A DNA stretch of 64,000 nt, from positions 58,466,001 through 58,530,000 of the forward strand of contig NC_043012.1 of the NCBI RefSeq assembly GCF_006345805.1, read 5' to 3'. How positions within the stretch are numbered: the first letter of the stretch is position 1; each line of letters begins with the position of its first letter. The position numbers and the translations under genes were made by a program. A model generated the notes under the pieces. It saw nothing but the letters and a program-made list of their open reading frames with translations. It was not told where the DNA came from and did no database searches. Of this stretch, positions 25,363 through 38,307 are shown piece by piece. Origin of the DNA: Octopus sinensis. Lineage: Eukaryota.

Positions 25363-25459
<97 letters not shown>

Positions 25460-25617
25460 TTTATAATAATGGTCGCTATCATCAGTTTCGACGTATGAGT
25501 GTGTGAAGGTATTTCAAGTTAGAGAGTAATAGAAAGAAGAAAAAAGAAACAAAAAAACAAAATAACGTATATAACTATCTATGCGTGTATACACACACAC
25601 ACACATATATATATATA

Positions 25618-25653
<36 letters not shown>

Positions 25654-26134
25654 TATAAAATAATTTTATACGCAGATATATTTATGTATGCTTCCTTAAC
25701 AATTACTCTCGTATATCTGTGACGAAATCTGCGTGTCTGTATGACAATATAAGCCATCTAGATAATCATAAAACAAAAGTGTTAAAAGAATAATGGAAAA
25801 AGACCAAGAAAACTATAAAGCATATTTCTGACCGAGGAGATAATGAATGAAAGTTAATGAGAAAAGTCATGAGGTGAAGATCAACTTAATGGATGTGACT
25901 AACGTTTATACATATATACATGGATACATAGATTGATGGATGCGTAGAAGTATAAATACATACTTATTTGCATATATGCATACATAGAGAGAAGTTTCTC
26001 GCGACCGAGTAAGGCTACACCTTAAATATGTTTTAGTAAAAAAAGACAGCTTCAGTTTGTTATCCCCATTGCTGATGGCGTCCCATATGGCCATCTAAGT
26101 CTTGCAAGGACTTAGATGGCCATACTTAATTGCA

Positions 26135-26835
26135 CCCTTACATACTTACATACATACATGCATACATGCATGCATACATGCATGAATACATATGTGCATA
26201 TATATAGATACATACATGCATACATACATGCATGCATACATACATGCATGCATACATACATACCTACATACATACATAGATGCATGCGTACATATAATTA
26301 TGTAAACATATATGCAGGCTTATATACACACATACGTAAATACTGACGTACATGCATACATATATACATAGGTACTTATGTACATACAGCTATATATATA
26401 TACATACACACACTCATACATTGATGCATGTATGCATACAATTATACATGCATAAATACATTCATGCACACACACATACATATATGCATATATACAGCCA
26501 AACATACATACAAACATACATAGATGCATGCATATATACATACATGCATACATGCATACATATATATATGCAAACATACACACACGCATGCACATATGTA
26601 TATATACATACCTGCATACATACATCCATGCACACATACATGCATAAACGCATGCATACATACATAGATGCATGCATGCATACTTACATGCATACATACA
26701 TACATATATAGATGCATGCATACATACATACATATATGCATACATGCTTACATACATGCATACATGAATACATGCATACATACACAAATATATACATGCA
26801 TTCATACATACATGCGTCCGTACATACATACATGG
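26135..26835. repeat. Degenerate (CATA/CATG)n tract of about 700 bp
   Basis: Direct reading. Confidence 0.9.
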
Positions 26836-27606
26836 CAAAACGCAAGAACTTATATATTAACACTGCATTATAAATTTCGAAGTTCTTCAGGCAACGAAGA
26901 AACTGAATATTATTAATTATTCTGTCAGAAGATTGAAAGATACTGCAATTATCCTATATCTAAATGTACACTCATTCGCTCGTGTATACACGTATGCTGA
27001 TCCTCACGCACGGGTCTGTGCGCGAGTGAGTGTGCGTGTGGATATCCACAGCAAGAAAGAGAGAATGAGAGAGGGACTGAAGGAGAAAGTGTGAGAGGGA
27101 GAGAAATTATGGATTGATACTGGTGTAAATTGCAATTAAGCGAAAAACGTACTGAGATGTTGAGTGGAATGACAGTTTGTGTTGATGTCTGCATGCATAA
27201 ATATATATATATGTATGTATGTATGTATATATGTATGTATGTATGTGTGTATGTATGCATGTATGTATGTATGTATGTATGTATTTATGTATGTATGTAT
27301 GTTTGCATGTATATGTGAGGATCTACGTATGTATGTATGTTAGTATGTATGTATGTATGTATGTATGTACGTATACAAGCATGCAGACATGAATGTGTGT
27401 ATGTACGCATATTTGTCTGTATGCATGTACACGTGTATGCGTAAGTTGATATATATGTGTTAAATGTTTGTGGGTGTGTATTGTGTATGCTTTATCTGTC
27501 TGTCTGTCTGTTTCTCTTTATATATATATATAGATAAATATATATAGTAAATTGTGTACTTACATATAAGAGAACACTTTGTTTTATATATATATATATA
27601 TATAGT

Positions 27607-27669
<63 letters not shown>

Positions 27670-28140
27670 TGTCATATCGCAACACAACATAGTAGCTGTG
27701 AGAGCTACGAAATCCTCGTCGCCACTGCTATATTGCACGTTCGGATGACCTTTACTCAACTCTGACGTCTAAACTTCTCCCTCTATATCAACCTATTGGG
27801 CTAGCCTACTTCATCGTCTGGGGGCGTCCACACAATAGACAGACAGACAGTCAGATAGATAGATAGACAGACAGACAGGCATGCTCAGTAATCAGCTATA
27901 AGTATGTGTATGTATTTATGTATGTACGTGTGTATACGTAAGTTAATATATGTGTTATATGTGTGTGTGTATATTGTGTATGCATTATATATATATCTTA
28001 TATATATATATATATTATATGTGTGTGTGTGTGGTGTGTGTGGTGTGTGTGTGTGTGTGTGTGTGTTTGTGTGTCTATGTGTGTGTGTGTATACATCTGA
28101 GACCAAAGTGTACGTACGTCGCTATATTTATATAAAATGG

Positions 28141-28376
28141 AATACAAAAAACGGGACAAGAACGCAAAACATCCAGACATACGATACAAAAAACAAAGAC
28201 GGGTCATTCGGAGTTTTCTGTCTTTAGTCGAGTTCCGGATTATCTTTGCAATTTCGGCTGGTGAGATTACTCCAATCCGGCCAGCCCCAAGGAAAAACTA
28301 AACTAAGAGCACTAGATTCCTTAGAAAAAAACAGCGAATGAATACGAAAACAAAGACTGTATACGAAAGCAAGAAC
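28141..28376 (-). mobile_element. Family B element, second copy (motif at 28205-28340)
   Basis: Reverse complement aligns to 12690-12966. Confidence 0.75.
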
Positions 28377-28544
28377 TGCATCTTGTTTCATCTTCCAACC
28401 GGGTCTCAACCAGATATCTAAGCCATATATATATATTAGAAGAAGAAAATGTGGGTGGTTCATATCAATACGAGTTTTTGAGACCCATTACGATTTTTTG
28501 AGATTCATACATTATTGGTTTCCGAGGGATATGGTCAAAAAATT

Positions 28545-28698
28545 TGTCAGTTACGTTCTGGGTTCAAATTCCGCCGAAGTCGACTTTACCTTTCGTCTTT
28601 TCGGGCTCGATAAATTTAGTACCAGCTGCGTATTGGTGTCGATCTAATCAAGCGGTTCCTCCCACAAAATTTCGAGCGTTGTGCCTAGAGTAGGAAAG

Positions 28699-28700
<2 letters not shown>
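28545..28700 (+). mobile_element. SINE family 2 fragment ending in (ATT)n
   Basis: ttacgttctgggttcaaattccgccgaagtcgacttt core. Confidence 0.75.
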
Positions 28701-28754
<54 letters not shown>

Positions 28755-28854
28755 CATCATCATTCATCATCATCGGCATCATCATCATCATCATTACTAT
28801 TATTATTCATTCTCTTAATCATGTACAAATGTGTGTGTGTGTGTATTCACCATT

Positions 28855-28928
28855 ATATTTATCTATTTTTACCATTTTAGAAAAATTAAAGCATGTCTTA
28901 TTTTGTACGCAAGTTTTGGCCCACCCTG
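28855..28928. mobile_element. Solo Tc1/mariner-type terminus abutting (TA)n
   Basis: ttttggcccaccctg-TA, whose reverse complement TA-CAGGGTGGGCCAAAA is a typical Tc1-like TIR start. Confidence 0.5.
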
Positions 28929-28941
28929 TATATATAAATGT

Positions 28942-29019
<78 letters not shown>

Positions 29020-29239
29020 TATGTATACATATATATATGTATATATATACATATATATATATATATACATATATATGTATACATATATATATATACATAT
29101 ATATACATATATACACATAAGTATGTGTGTGTGTATGTGTGTGTGTGTGTATGTGTGTGAGTTGGTGTATGCGCATTTGTGTATGCAATTAAACGATAAC
29201 ATGTGGTTTATGTAGATTCTTGCTCTTCATCAATCATAG

Positions 29240-29690
29240 TCCATAGAGCATGGCGGCTGGGTGTTAACAACGAGAAAACACAACCCCTTTCCCTCTGCTA
29301 TGTTTCACACTCATCTGCCAACTCTTATGTTTTCCACTATCTTTGTCCCTGTCCATTCCTTGATGTTACTCAACCGTAACCATTCATAGTCTTTAAGCGT
29401 CAATTTTTTTCCCCCCGGCTGCTATTTCATGCGTGACCATATTCTCTAGTAAGCATGGTGTCATGATGTCATTTTACAAGACCAAACCGCTTCATTTTCC
29501 GCCACTTGGTAATTAACAGTATTCTTTCACGGTTCACAACTTTACCAACAAATTCCTTACTAACGCTCTCCTTAGTCCAAAGCTCTGTCTTTGGAATGCA
29601 AAATATGTCTTTATAACATAGAATTGAAAATGTCATGATGTTACTCTCAATTTCAACATCCACTCACAGCATTTCTTTCGTTGTTATTGT
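29240..29690 (-). mobile_element. RTE-clade LINE 3' fragment, degenerate
   Basis: ESNIMTFSILCYKDIFCI...ILLITKWRKMKRFGLVK...LSNIKEWTG resembles the RTE C-terminus (AFEMxCYRxxL...KRRKLxWFGHV...DNIKEWTG). Confidence 0.65.
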
Positions 29691-29862
29691 ATCCCAAACA
29701 GGGCCTCATTTTGCTAAAGCAGGAGCAGCATCTCTATAATAAAAAGTTAATATTGACCTTTTAATAATTGTGATACTATATTTCTATTGAAATAGTCTGT
29801 TTTTGTTTCGATTCAATTTTAAATTAATCTTCGTTCTTCTGTTTGGTTTGCAAGATCCTGTA

Positions 29863-30034
29863 GGCGCAGGAGTGGATGTGTGGCAAGTAGCTTGCTTACC
29901 AACTACATGATTCCGGGTTCAGTTCCACTGCATGGAACCTTGGGCAAGTGTTTTCTACTATGGCCTCGGGCCGACCAAAGCCTTATCAGTAGATATGGTA
30001 GACGGAAAATGAAAAGAACCCTGTTGTATATATG

Positions 30035-30105
<71 letters not shown>

Positions 30106-30513
30106 AAAGTTTACGAAAAAACAAAAGACGAAGACACGTGGTGTACAAAACAAACAGATGTATTAGTATAACGCTCAGGAATAGAAAAAGTCTTTTACGT
30201 TTCGAGTCTACGCTCTTCTACAGAAAAGTACACAGAAAACACAAGGAGAGAAAAAATGTGATATATATATATAAATATATATATATGTGTGTGTGTTTGT
30301 TTGTGTGTCTGTGTTTGTCCCCCCAACATCACTTGACAATCAATGCTGGTGTGTTTTCCCTGTAACTTAGCAGTTCGGCAAAAGAACCGATAGAATAAGT
30401 ACTAGGGGTCGATTTGCTTGACTAGAATAAGTATTGGGGTCGAGTTGCTCGACTAAAGGCGGTGCTCCAGCATGGCCGCAGTCAAATGACTGAAACAAGT
30501 AAAAGAGTAAAAG
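29863..30513 (+). mobile_element. SINE family 1 with an HHR element nested in its internal (TA)n
   Basis: Full head and tail of family 1. The segment 30102-30260 is foreign. Confidence 0.85.
30102..30260 (-). mobile_element. HHR family C short element
   Basis: Minus strand CTTTT-CTGTAGA-A-GAG..CTC-GAAACGTA-AAAG at 30192-30228. Shares tattagt...acgctcagga with family D. Confidence 0.7.
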
Positions 30514-30969
30514 GGTTAGAGAGTAAGATCCTTGACGTGAATTTGTGTGTTGAAAGGAATCTTGTTCTGAGAGTGTCCTTACATCAATAATACAAAACCC
30601 ACGCACAGGCTAAATATCACTTCTTAATTATTAGTCGGTTAAATATCTAATCGATCGTTTGTTCAATGTGTTGGTTAAAGAATCAATCAAATTTTTTCTC
30701 GAATTCCGTTCGTCGCTATTTGCGACATCTTCAAAAACATGGCCTCAACTTCCAGTGACTGCCTTGAGCCTGAGAATTACTCTTACGCCTGTGTATATAT
30801 GCTTGTATGTGCGTGTGTAGATGTGTAGTATGTTACAAGAGAAGGGAAGGGTGAAAGTAAACGAAGCGTGTGTATTTGACTAATAATAAAGACGTGATAT
30901 TGAACCGGTGCGTGTGTTGTTCTGTATTAGCCTAATGACCCTCCCAAGACAAAAAACAATATTTCATAT

Positions 30970-31390
30970 AATCTTTTACTTGTTTTAGTCATCGAACTGC
31001 GACCAAGCTGAGGTACCACCTTCAGGGTTTCGGTCGAACCAATTGACCCCATATTTATAATTTCTAAATTTTGATACTTATTCTATCAGTCGCTTTTGTG
31101 GAACCACTAAGTTACGTTGACGTAAACAGACCAACACTGACTGTCAAACAGTGGCAGTGACAAACGCTAAGACACACACACACATACACACACAGATATA
31201 CACACATATAAGTGTGCACAGACATACATACATGCACACACACATATATGAGTATGTGTGTATGTATATGTGTGCTGAAAAAAGCTCATCGTATATATAG
31301 AAAAAGACACGCACCCTAGGTGCTGTGCAAAGGGGAATGAACTTGGAACCGTATGATTTGGAGAAAACGTCTTACCACACGGCCATACAG
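30970..31390 (-). mobile_element. SINE family 1, degenerate
   Basis: cttttacttgttttagtcat...cttaccacacggcca. Confidence 0.65.
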
Positions 31391-31408
31391 ACACACTCAC
31401 ACACACAT

Positions 31409-31439
<31 letters not shown>

Positions 31440-31440
31440 A

Positions 31441-31775
31441 ACAAAAATTGCTGCAGCTCGACTGGGATGTGTTACCCCCACCCTCCATATTCACCAGATA
31501 TTGATCCTTCGGAATTCCAATTATTCAGGTCTCTGCAGAATAATCTTAATGGTAAAAATTTCAATTCCTTGGATGACATAAAAAGATACCTTGATGAATT
31601 ATTTGCCATGAAAGCACCTCAATTCTGGGAAGAGGGTATTTTCAGTTAAAGGAAAGACGGAGACGCATTGTGCTACAAAATGTTTCATATTTGGTTGATT
31701 AAAAATGTAATGGCAAGTATTTATTGACATTTTTCTTTCCTTTAAAAACCGGCATGAACTTTCCGGACAACCCAA
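31441..31775 (+). mobile_element. mariner (DD34D) transposon 3' fragment with right TIR
   Basis: QKLLQLDWDVL/PHPPYSPDIDPSEFQLFRSLQNNLNGKNF...FWEEGIF, followed by TIR ...aactttccggacaacccaa-TA. Confidence 0.9.
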
Positions 31776-31859
31776 TATTATACCTTTGAATCACTATGAA
31801 ACGAGGAATAAACATTAACACAAAATTGGGTTCATGTTACACATAGGCACTTACCTTTT

Positions 31860-32480
31860 TTTCTTCCTTGCCCACAGACGGCTAAATATAGAGGAGACAA
31901 ACAAGGATAGACAGAAGGATTAAGTCGATTACAACGACCCCAGTGCGTAATTGGTTTTTATTCAATCGACCCCGAAAGGATGAAAGGCAAAGTAGACCTC
32001 GGTGGAGTTTGAATCTCAGAATGTAATGGCGGATGAAATACAGTTAAGCATTTCGCTCGCCGTGCTAACTATTCTGCCAGGTCGCCTCCCATATGCATAC
32101 ACAAATATTCTTTTCTATTCCAGGCACAAGGCCCGAAATTTTTGGAGAGGAGGCCAGTCGATTTGATCGACCCCAGTACGGAAATGGTACTTATTTTATC
32201 GACCCCGAAAGGATCAAAGACAAAGTCGATCTCCGTGGAATTTGAACTCAGAACGTAAAGACAGAAGAAATACCTATTTCTTTACTACCTACAAGGGGCT
32301 AAACACAGAGAGGACAAACAAGGACAGATAAACGGATTAAGTCGATTATATCGACTCCAGTGCGTAACTGGTACTTATTTAATCGACCCCGAAAGGATGA
32401 AAGACAAAGCTGACATAACGGCAGACGAAATACTGCTAAGCATTTCGCCCGGAGTTTTAACAACTCTGCCAGCTCGCCCC
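31860..32480 (-). mobile_element. Two adjacent SINE family 2 copies
   Basis: Heads at about 32090 and 32480. tatgcatac(a)caaata-like duplication at 32092 and 32481. Confidence 0.85.
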
Positions 32481-33337
32481 TATGCATACATAAATACTAA
32501 TTTAGAAATGTTTCTGCTAATATCAATTCGATTAAAAATAGTACAAAACACATTTTATCCACTTCTTTAATAATTTACTTATTTATTTCTAAAGAAGTGA
32601 AATGGGAAAATATGTTTCAAATGAAGCTGAATTAAGTTTATTTACATAGCATGATAACATTAAAAACAGCAGCGGTAACAACAGCCAAAGAAGTACTTAG
32701 ACAGAAAGAAGGAAAGAAGGAAAATTAGAAAGAGACATAAAAATGGTTAAGAGGAAATTAATACAGCAAGTTTAAAATGTGTAACAAAAACTAAGGGAAA
32801 ATAAATTTTTAAATAGAGTAACAAGTAGTCTTATCAATGACATTATGACTAATCGGAACGAGCTCTACTGACGAACAGCTAACACTGATTTCATTCGTTG
32901 ATAAGTTAAACTCCGATCTATATAAGAAATTCCACTGGAATCATGTAATGTATCCTCGTTGTGTGGTTCGTTGGAAATGTAAGATAAAATCAACTTGTTA
33001 CGAAAAATAAATTCTAAGTATAACCTTGGGAGATAAGCCCTAAATAGTACAGTAAATAGATGGGTTTCAAATGTGTGACGCTCGGGCAATCAGACAGGAA
33101 GATGGGGTAGAATATTTTAGTGGGATTGAATCGAAAACATTGTGGTTTCAGAGCAAAAATATTTAACCAGACAATCGTGTCTCAGTGTGTGTGTGTGTGT
33201 GTGTATGTGTGTGATGTGTGTGTGTGGTGTGTGTGTGTGCGTCTGTATGTGTGTGCGTGGGGGAAATATGTGTGTATGTGTGTGTGTGAGAGAGAGAGTA
33301 ATTTAGTGTGTGTATATACGTACATATGTACAGACGT

Positions 33338-33368
<31 letters not shown>

Positions 33369-33539
33369 AGGGAGAAGACAGACAGTTAAACATATATATA
33401 TATAATATATAATATATATATATATATATATGCACACATACACATATAAACGAGGTAATCTCTCTCTCTCTCTCTCTTTTTCCCTCTCTCTCTCTTTCCG
33501 TCTGTTTCTCTCTCTATATAGAATTTACAATACAAAAGT

Positions 33540-33870
33540 CTGCGTGGCACCTTAGACAAGGCTCTTCTACTCTAGCGTCAGGCTGACGAAAGACTTATGA
33601 GTTGAATTGGTAGATGGAAACTGAAAGAATCCCGTCGTATACAAATATATATATGTATATACACGTGTGTGTGTGTGTTTGTCTCTCCACCATCACTTGG
33701 CAACCGATGTCAGTGTGTTTACGTCCCTGTAACACAGCGGTTCGGCAAAGAGGCCCGATAGAATAAGTATTAAGCTTACAAAGAATAAGTCCTGGGGTCG
33801 ATTTGTTCGACTAAAAGCGATACTCCAGCATGACCGGTGTCAGTGACTGAAAGAAATAAAAGAATAAAAG
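33540..33870 (+). mobile_element. SINE family 1, 5'-truncated
   Basis: tgcgtggcacctt...gaataagtcctggggtcgatttgttcgactaa. Confidence 0.8.
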
Positions 33871-33877
33871 GATAGAC

Positions 33878-33939
<62 letters not shown>

Positions 33940-34280
33940 TACATCCATGTACGTAGTATTGGTGTATGAATTATGTTTGCATGTGTGTATGCACTATATA
34001 TATATGTATATATATATATATATTTTTTTTTTTATATTTCGCTTAGACATTGCGAGACTAATAAACAGGTGTAGAATTCAATATGCATATAACCGAAAGC
34101 GACACGTCAGTCGAGTACAGAGAAGTAATAAAATGACATGGCAAAGGAATAAACGATTATTTATGAGATTCAACAAGTTCAAAGACAATCGTTTTCTTCG
34201 TTTGTCATCCAGTTTTCTTATATGTATATATATATATATATATAATATATATATATAATATATAATATATATATACATAC

Positions 34281-34334
<54 letters not shown>

Positions 34335-34347
34335 TGTATATATTATG

Positions 34348-34386
<39 letters not shown>

Positions 34387-34454
34387 CGTGCGTGTGTGTG
34401 TGTATATATACATACATATACATACATACACACACACACATATATATATATATA

Positions 34455-34479
34455 ATAGATAGAGAGATAGATAGATAGG

Positions 34480-34517
<38 letters not shown>

Positions 34518-34599
34518 TATGATAGATAGATAGATGATAGAAGATAGATAGATAGGTAGGTAGGTATAGATAGATAGAGACATAGATAGATAGATAGTA

Positions 34600-34670
<71 letters not shown>
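34455..34670. repeat. (TAGA)n microsatellite following a long (TA)n tract
   Basis: Direct reading. Confidence 0.95.
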
Positions 34671-35639
34671 CTTAGGTAGGTTGGTAGGTAGATACACATT
34701 TGTAATGCGTTTTGTATCTCCTTCCCTGAGCATTTATGATTATACGAGAAATAGTTTTTTTTTATATTCCATCTTTATATTTTCTTCCTATAGTACATCA
34801 GCATATCAGTTATAGTTGTGGCTTTGATGGGCTTCCATATCCTCTTCAGTCCCTCATTAATTTCCCTGAGTGTATCATCTCGAATTAACTATTTGCATCT
34901 AAGCAAAGTACGACACTTTGCACTTTGTAATGTATCAGAACCATAAATGCTGCATGCTCATGGATTATTTACTGTATTCTTACGGAACATGATGTGGCGA
35001 TCTGTATCCAAATTTCCTTTGCAGATCTCTATTTCAGATTACTAGCTGTTACTGTAGTAATTCTATGGATTTTTTTTCCAAAACTATCAGATTTTTGACA
35101 GCTATAGAGAACCATGAAATACATACTTTCTTTGATATTGTATTATATCAGAAGCTTTCGTTTCTTGAAACGGTAAAAATCCACTGAGGTAGCACTGAGT
35201 ATTTAGTATTGAGAGAGGATAACTTTGAAAAACTATAGTCTTAGTAATGCGTTATGCTTTGAGAGTCGTTATCTATTCACATATTCTGCTTTGAGACTGG
35301 TTATCTCTTATTTTTATCTTCTTTGTCAAGAAGTGATCGCGTTCAACAAAGAACTACGTACAATAAATCCAAGAGAAATATAGAAAAAAGAATCTATTCA
35401 TTTTTCCATTGTGCGTTTGGTATTAAAATAATTGAAAAATGTGTTGGAAGTACAAAGTATATATACCAAATGCTTTAAAGTGTTTAACTACGAAAACAAA
35501 TCGAAAATATAATCCTTCTCTGTGATTCTCTTATTAACACGCCAGGCAAAATGCTTGTCAGCGTTTCGTCCGTTTTACGCTATGAGTTCTAATTCCACCG
35601 TGGTCGACTTTACCTTTTGTGTATGTATAGCTTGATATC

Positions 35640-35944
35640 ATGCGTTACGTTCGTCCAATAGTCGAATGTTCCTATCTGTTGTTATCATCCTTGTTTTCGT
35701 ATATGTACATTCGTTTGTCTTGCCCAGAGTCCATATGCTTTTAGGTCAGGGCTCTGGCCCAGCCGGTTTCGAGTAATATCAGAAATAAATGAGCGAAAGT
35801 ATGTGAATATTCCGGATTTCAACCGAAGAGGCGAATGGTCCGTGTATCTTGGCTTGTCCTGTTTACTGTTGCTTTCATCTCTTTTCTCGCATGTTGTGTT
35901 TTGACGGTTCCTGTTAGTTGCGTTTGTTTGTGTTTTTAGATTTG

Positions 35945-35947
<3 letters not shown>
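35640..35947 (+). mobile_element. Family B-like element, divergent (motif at 35708-35837)
   Basis: CATTCG...CGAATG closing stem, CCGG/CCGG pairing, GAAA at 35795 and CCGAAGA at 35823. Ends at (TA)n. Confidence 0.55.
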
Positions 35948-35990
<43 letters not shown>

Positions 35991-36759
35991 TTATATATAT
36001 ATATATATGAGGATAATTTTATAACTTCATTAAACTGAAGCGCATATATATATATGTATATATTAAATTTGAATTTGGTTCAGGGGTCCCCAACACTACA
36101 TTTGTGAACCAACAGGGGTCCGTGGACAGCAGTTTGGGGACGACTGTGTTATACTATATTGTCTTTGCAGAGGATTTGAAGTTTTCCGAAAGGTTTCGTC
36201 AATAACACTTCACATTTCCAAACGCCCAACCGTTGCCGCTGAGTTGTGCAACATATCCAACACAGCGTAACGTATACTTGAGTTATTCTATGACCACATC
36301 CATTACTACACACTATTCTCGAATCATCACGCTTTGCTTATTGATAATGCTCTGTTTTATAACCAGTTGCTGTTCTTTCTTATTCGTTGGAACTAACTTC
36401 CTTGTGTATAACATCGCAGGAGGTAGGACTGTGGTAATGAAGAGCTGGAAGGTAGAGTCTTTTCCAGCTGTTCTCTGAGTAAATCTTATATTGAAGCAAA
36501 AGCCGTCCAGCACGCTCTAACTCTATGCCATATAATAATTTATTATACACGTATAGTAGATCATGGACGCGATTTCGTGGGATAGCTTAACAATACGTAT
36601 GTTTACTCTAGGGGAATAATAATACAGATTATTGTTTATGTATGTATATATATATATATATATATAATATAAGTACTATATAAATATATGCATATATACA
36701 TAAATATGTACATACCTACATATATGTGTATATATACATGCATATATGGGTACAGGATT

Positions 36760-37225
36760 TTAAAAAAAACGTTGAACACAATGAGAAACGAAAATAAGAA
36801 CAAAAACATAGAAACGAACCTTTTTTCGAACAACGCAAAAAAAAAACAAACAAACAGAGAAACGAGACATGAAACGTAAAGAATATTCCCCTTCTTCAGT
36901 TGTTCCTGTTTCATATACTTCGCGTTCCGAAGGCAAGGACAAGACGCGACTTCGTTGAAACTGTCTTTCCTGCAAAGCAAATTAAATAAAATTTAGGGTT
37001 TTCTGCGGGGGGTGAAAGTGGTAACAAGAACAGGAGAGTAAGAACAAAAAAGTAAAAACAAACATTGAGGGTTGTTAAGCCAAGTCGATAGAGAAATTCT
37101 TCCGAACGCTAGGAGGACGAGCTTATGAAGGAGACAGTATAAGCACGTTGTTGTCTTTACGAAGGTAGTAGTCAGAAAGGCAGATTCTCTTTCGTCACGT
37201 GTCAGCGACGAGAGAGTCGAGGAGG
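36760..37225 (-). mobile_element. Family B-like element, divergent (motif about 36886-37017), possibly preceded by a decayed GIY-YIG C-terminus
   Basis: Minus strand TCGCG-TC-TTGTCC...C-GGAA-CGCGA...GGAACAA-CTGAAGA. Upstream broken peptide LSRR..KENLPF*LLP...RSEEFLYR. Confidence 0.6.
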
Positions 37226-37239
37226 ATATATATATATAT

Positions 37240-37401
37240 AGTGGCTGTGTGGTAAGTAGCTTGCTAACCAACCACATGGTTCCGGGTTCCGGGTTCAGTC
37301 CCACTGCGTGGCATCTTGGGCAAGTGTCTTCTGCTATAGCCTCGGGCCGACCAATGCCTTGTGAGTGCATTTGGTAGACGGAATCTGAAAGAAGCCTGTC
37401 G

Positions 37402-37442
<41 letters not shown>

Positions 37443-37655
37443 CTGTGTTTGTCACCCTAGCATTGCTTGATAACCGATGCTGATGTATTTACGTCCCCGT
37501 CACTTAGCGGTTCGGCAAAAAGAGACCGATAGAATAAGTACTGGGCTTACAAAGAATAAGTCCCGGGGTCGATTTGTTCGACTAAAGGCGGTGCTCCAGC
37601 ATGGCCGCAGTCAAATGACTGAAACAAGTAAAAGAGTAAAAGAGAGAGTAAAGAG
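37240..37655 (+). mobile_element. SINE family 1, well preserved
   Basis: TGGCTGTGTGG A-box, GGTTCAGTCCC B-box and full tail. Confidence 0.9.
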
Positions 37656-37679
37656 TATATATATATATGCATGTATATA

Positions 37680-38065
37680 GACTCAGGTGTGGCTGTGTAG
37701 TAAGAAGCTTTCTTCCCAATCATATAGCTGCGTGGTTCAGTCCCACAGCGTGGCGTCTTCGGCAAGGGTATCCAACGATAGCCCCGGGTTGCCCAAAGCC
37801 TTATGAGTGGATTCGTCAGACGAACTGAAGGAAGACAGTCATGTGTATAAGTATGTGTGCGTGTGTCTGTGCATGAGTCTGTGTGTGTATCTTTGTATGT
37901 GTGATTGTTCTCGACTTTCGCTTGACAACCGGCGTTGGTTTGCTTGCGTCACCATAATTTAGCAGTTCCTTAGAAAAAGGTTGATGGAATAAGCACCAGA
38001 CTTTCAAATATTTAGTACTCGGGTAGATTTGCCGCAGTCCAATAACTGAAACAAGTAGAAGAGAA
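37680..38065 (+). mobile_element. SINE family 1, older copy
   Basis: Colinear with the adjacent copy but diverged. Confidence 0.7.
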
Positions 38066-38181
38066 AGGCATAAATGAATATGTGCCCCAGCATGGCCACA
38101 ACTCGTGAGCTGAAACTAGATAAAATAAAAATATATATACATAGATAGCTAGATAGAGAGATAAAAGAAGATATATATAAG

Positions 38182-38307
<126 letters not shown>

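Noticed and set aside
27693-27715. GTAGCT/AGCTAC stem followed by GAAA
   Set aside because: No CUGANGA nearby.
34050-34115. HHR-like CTAATAA...ACC-GAAA...GTC between (TA)n tracts
   Set aside because: Two core mismatches, poor stems and no second copy in the window.
34800-35175. Possible very old RTE LINE 3' fragment (minus)
   Set aside because: Peptide similarity is too faint to support without a search.
36075-36146. Possible hAT-MITE end (ggggtccgtgg...gtttggggacgactg)
   Set aside because: No matching second terminus or 8-bp TSD found.
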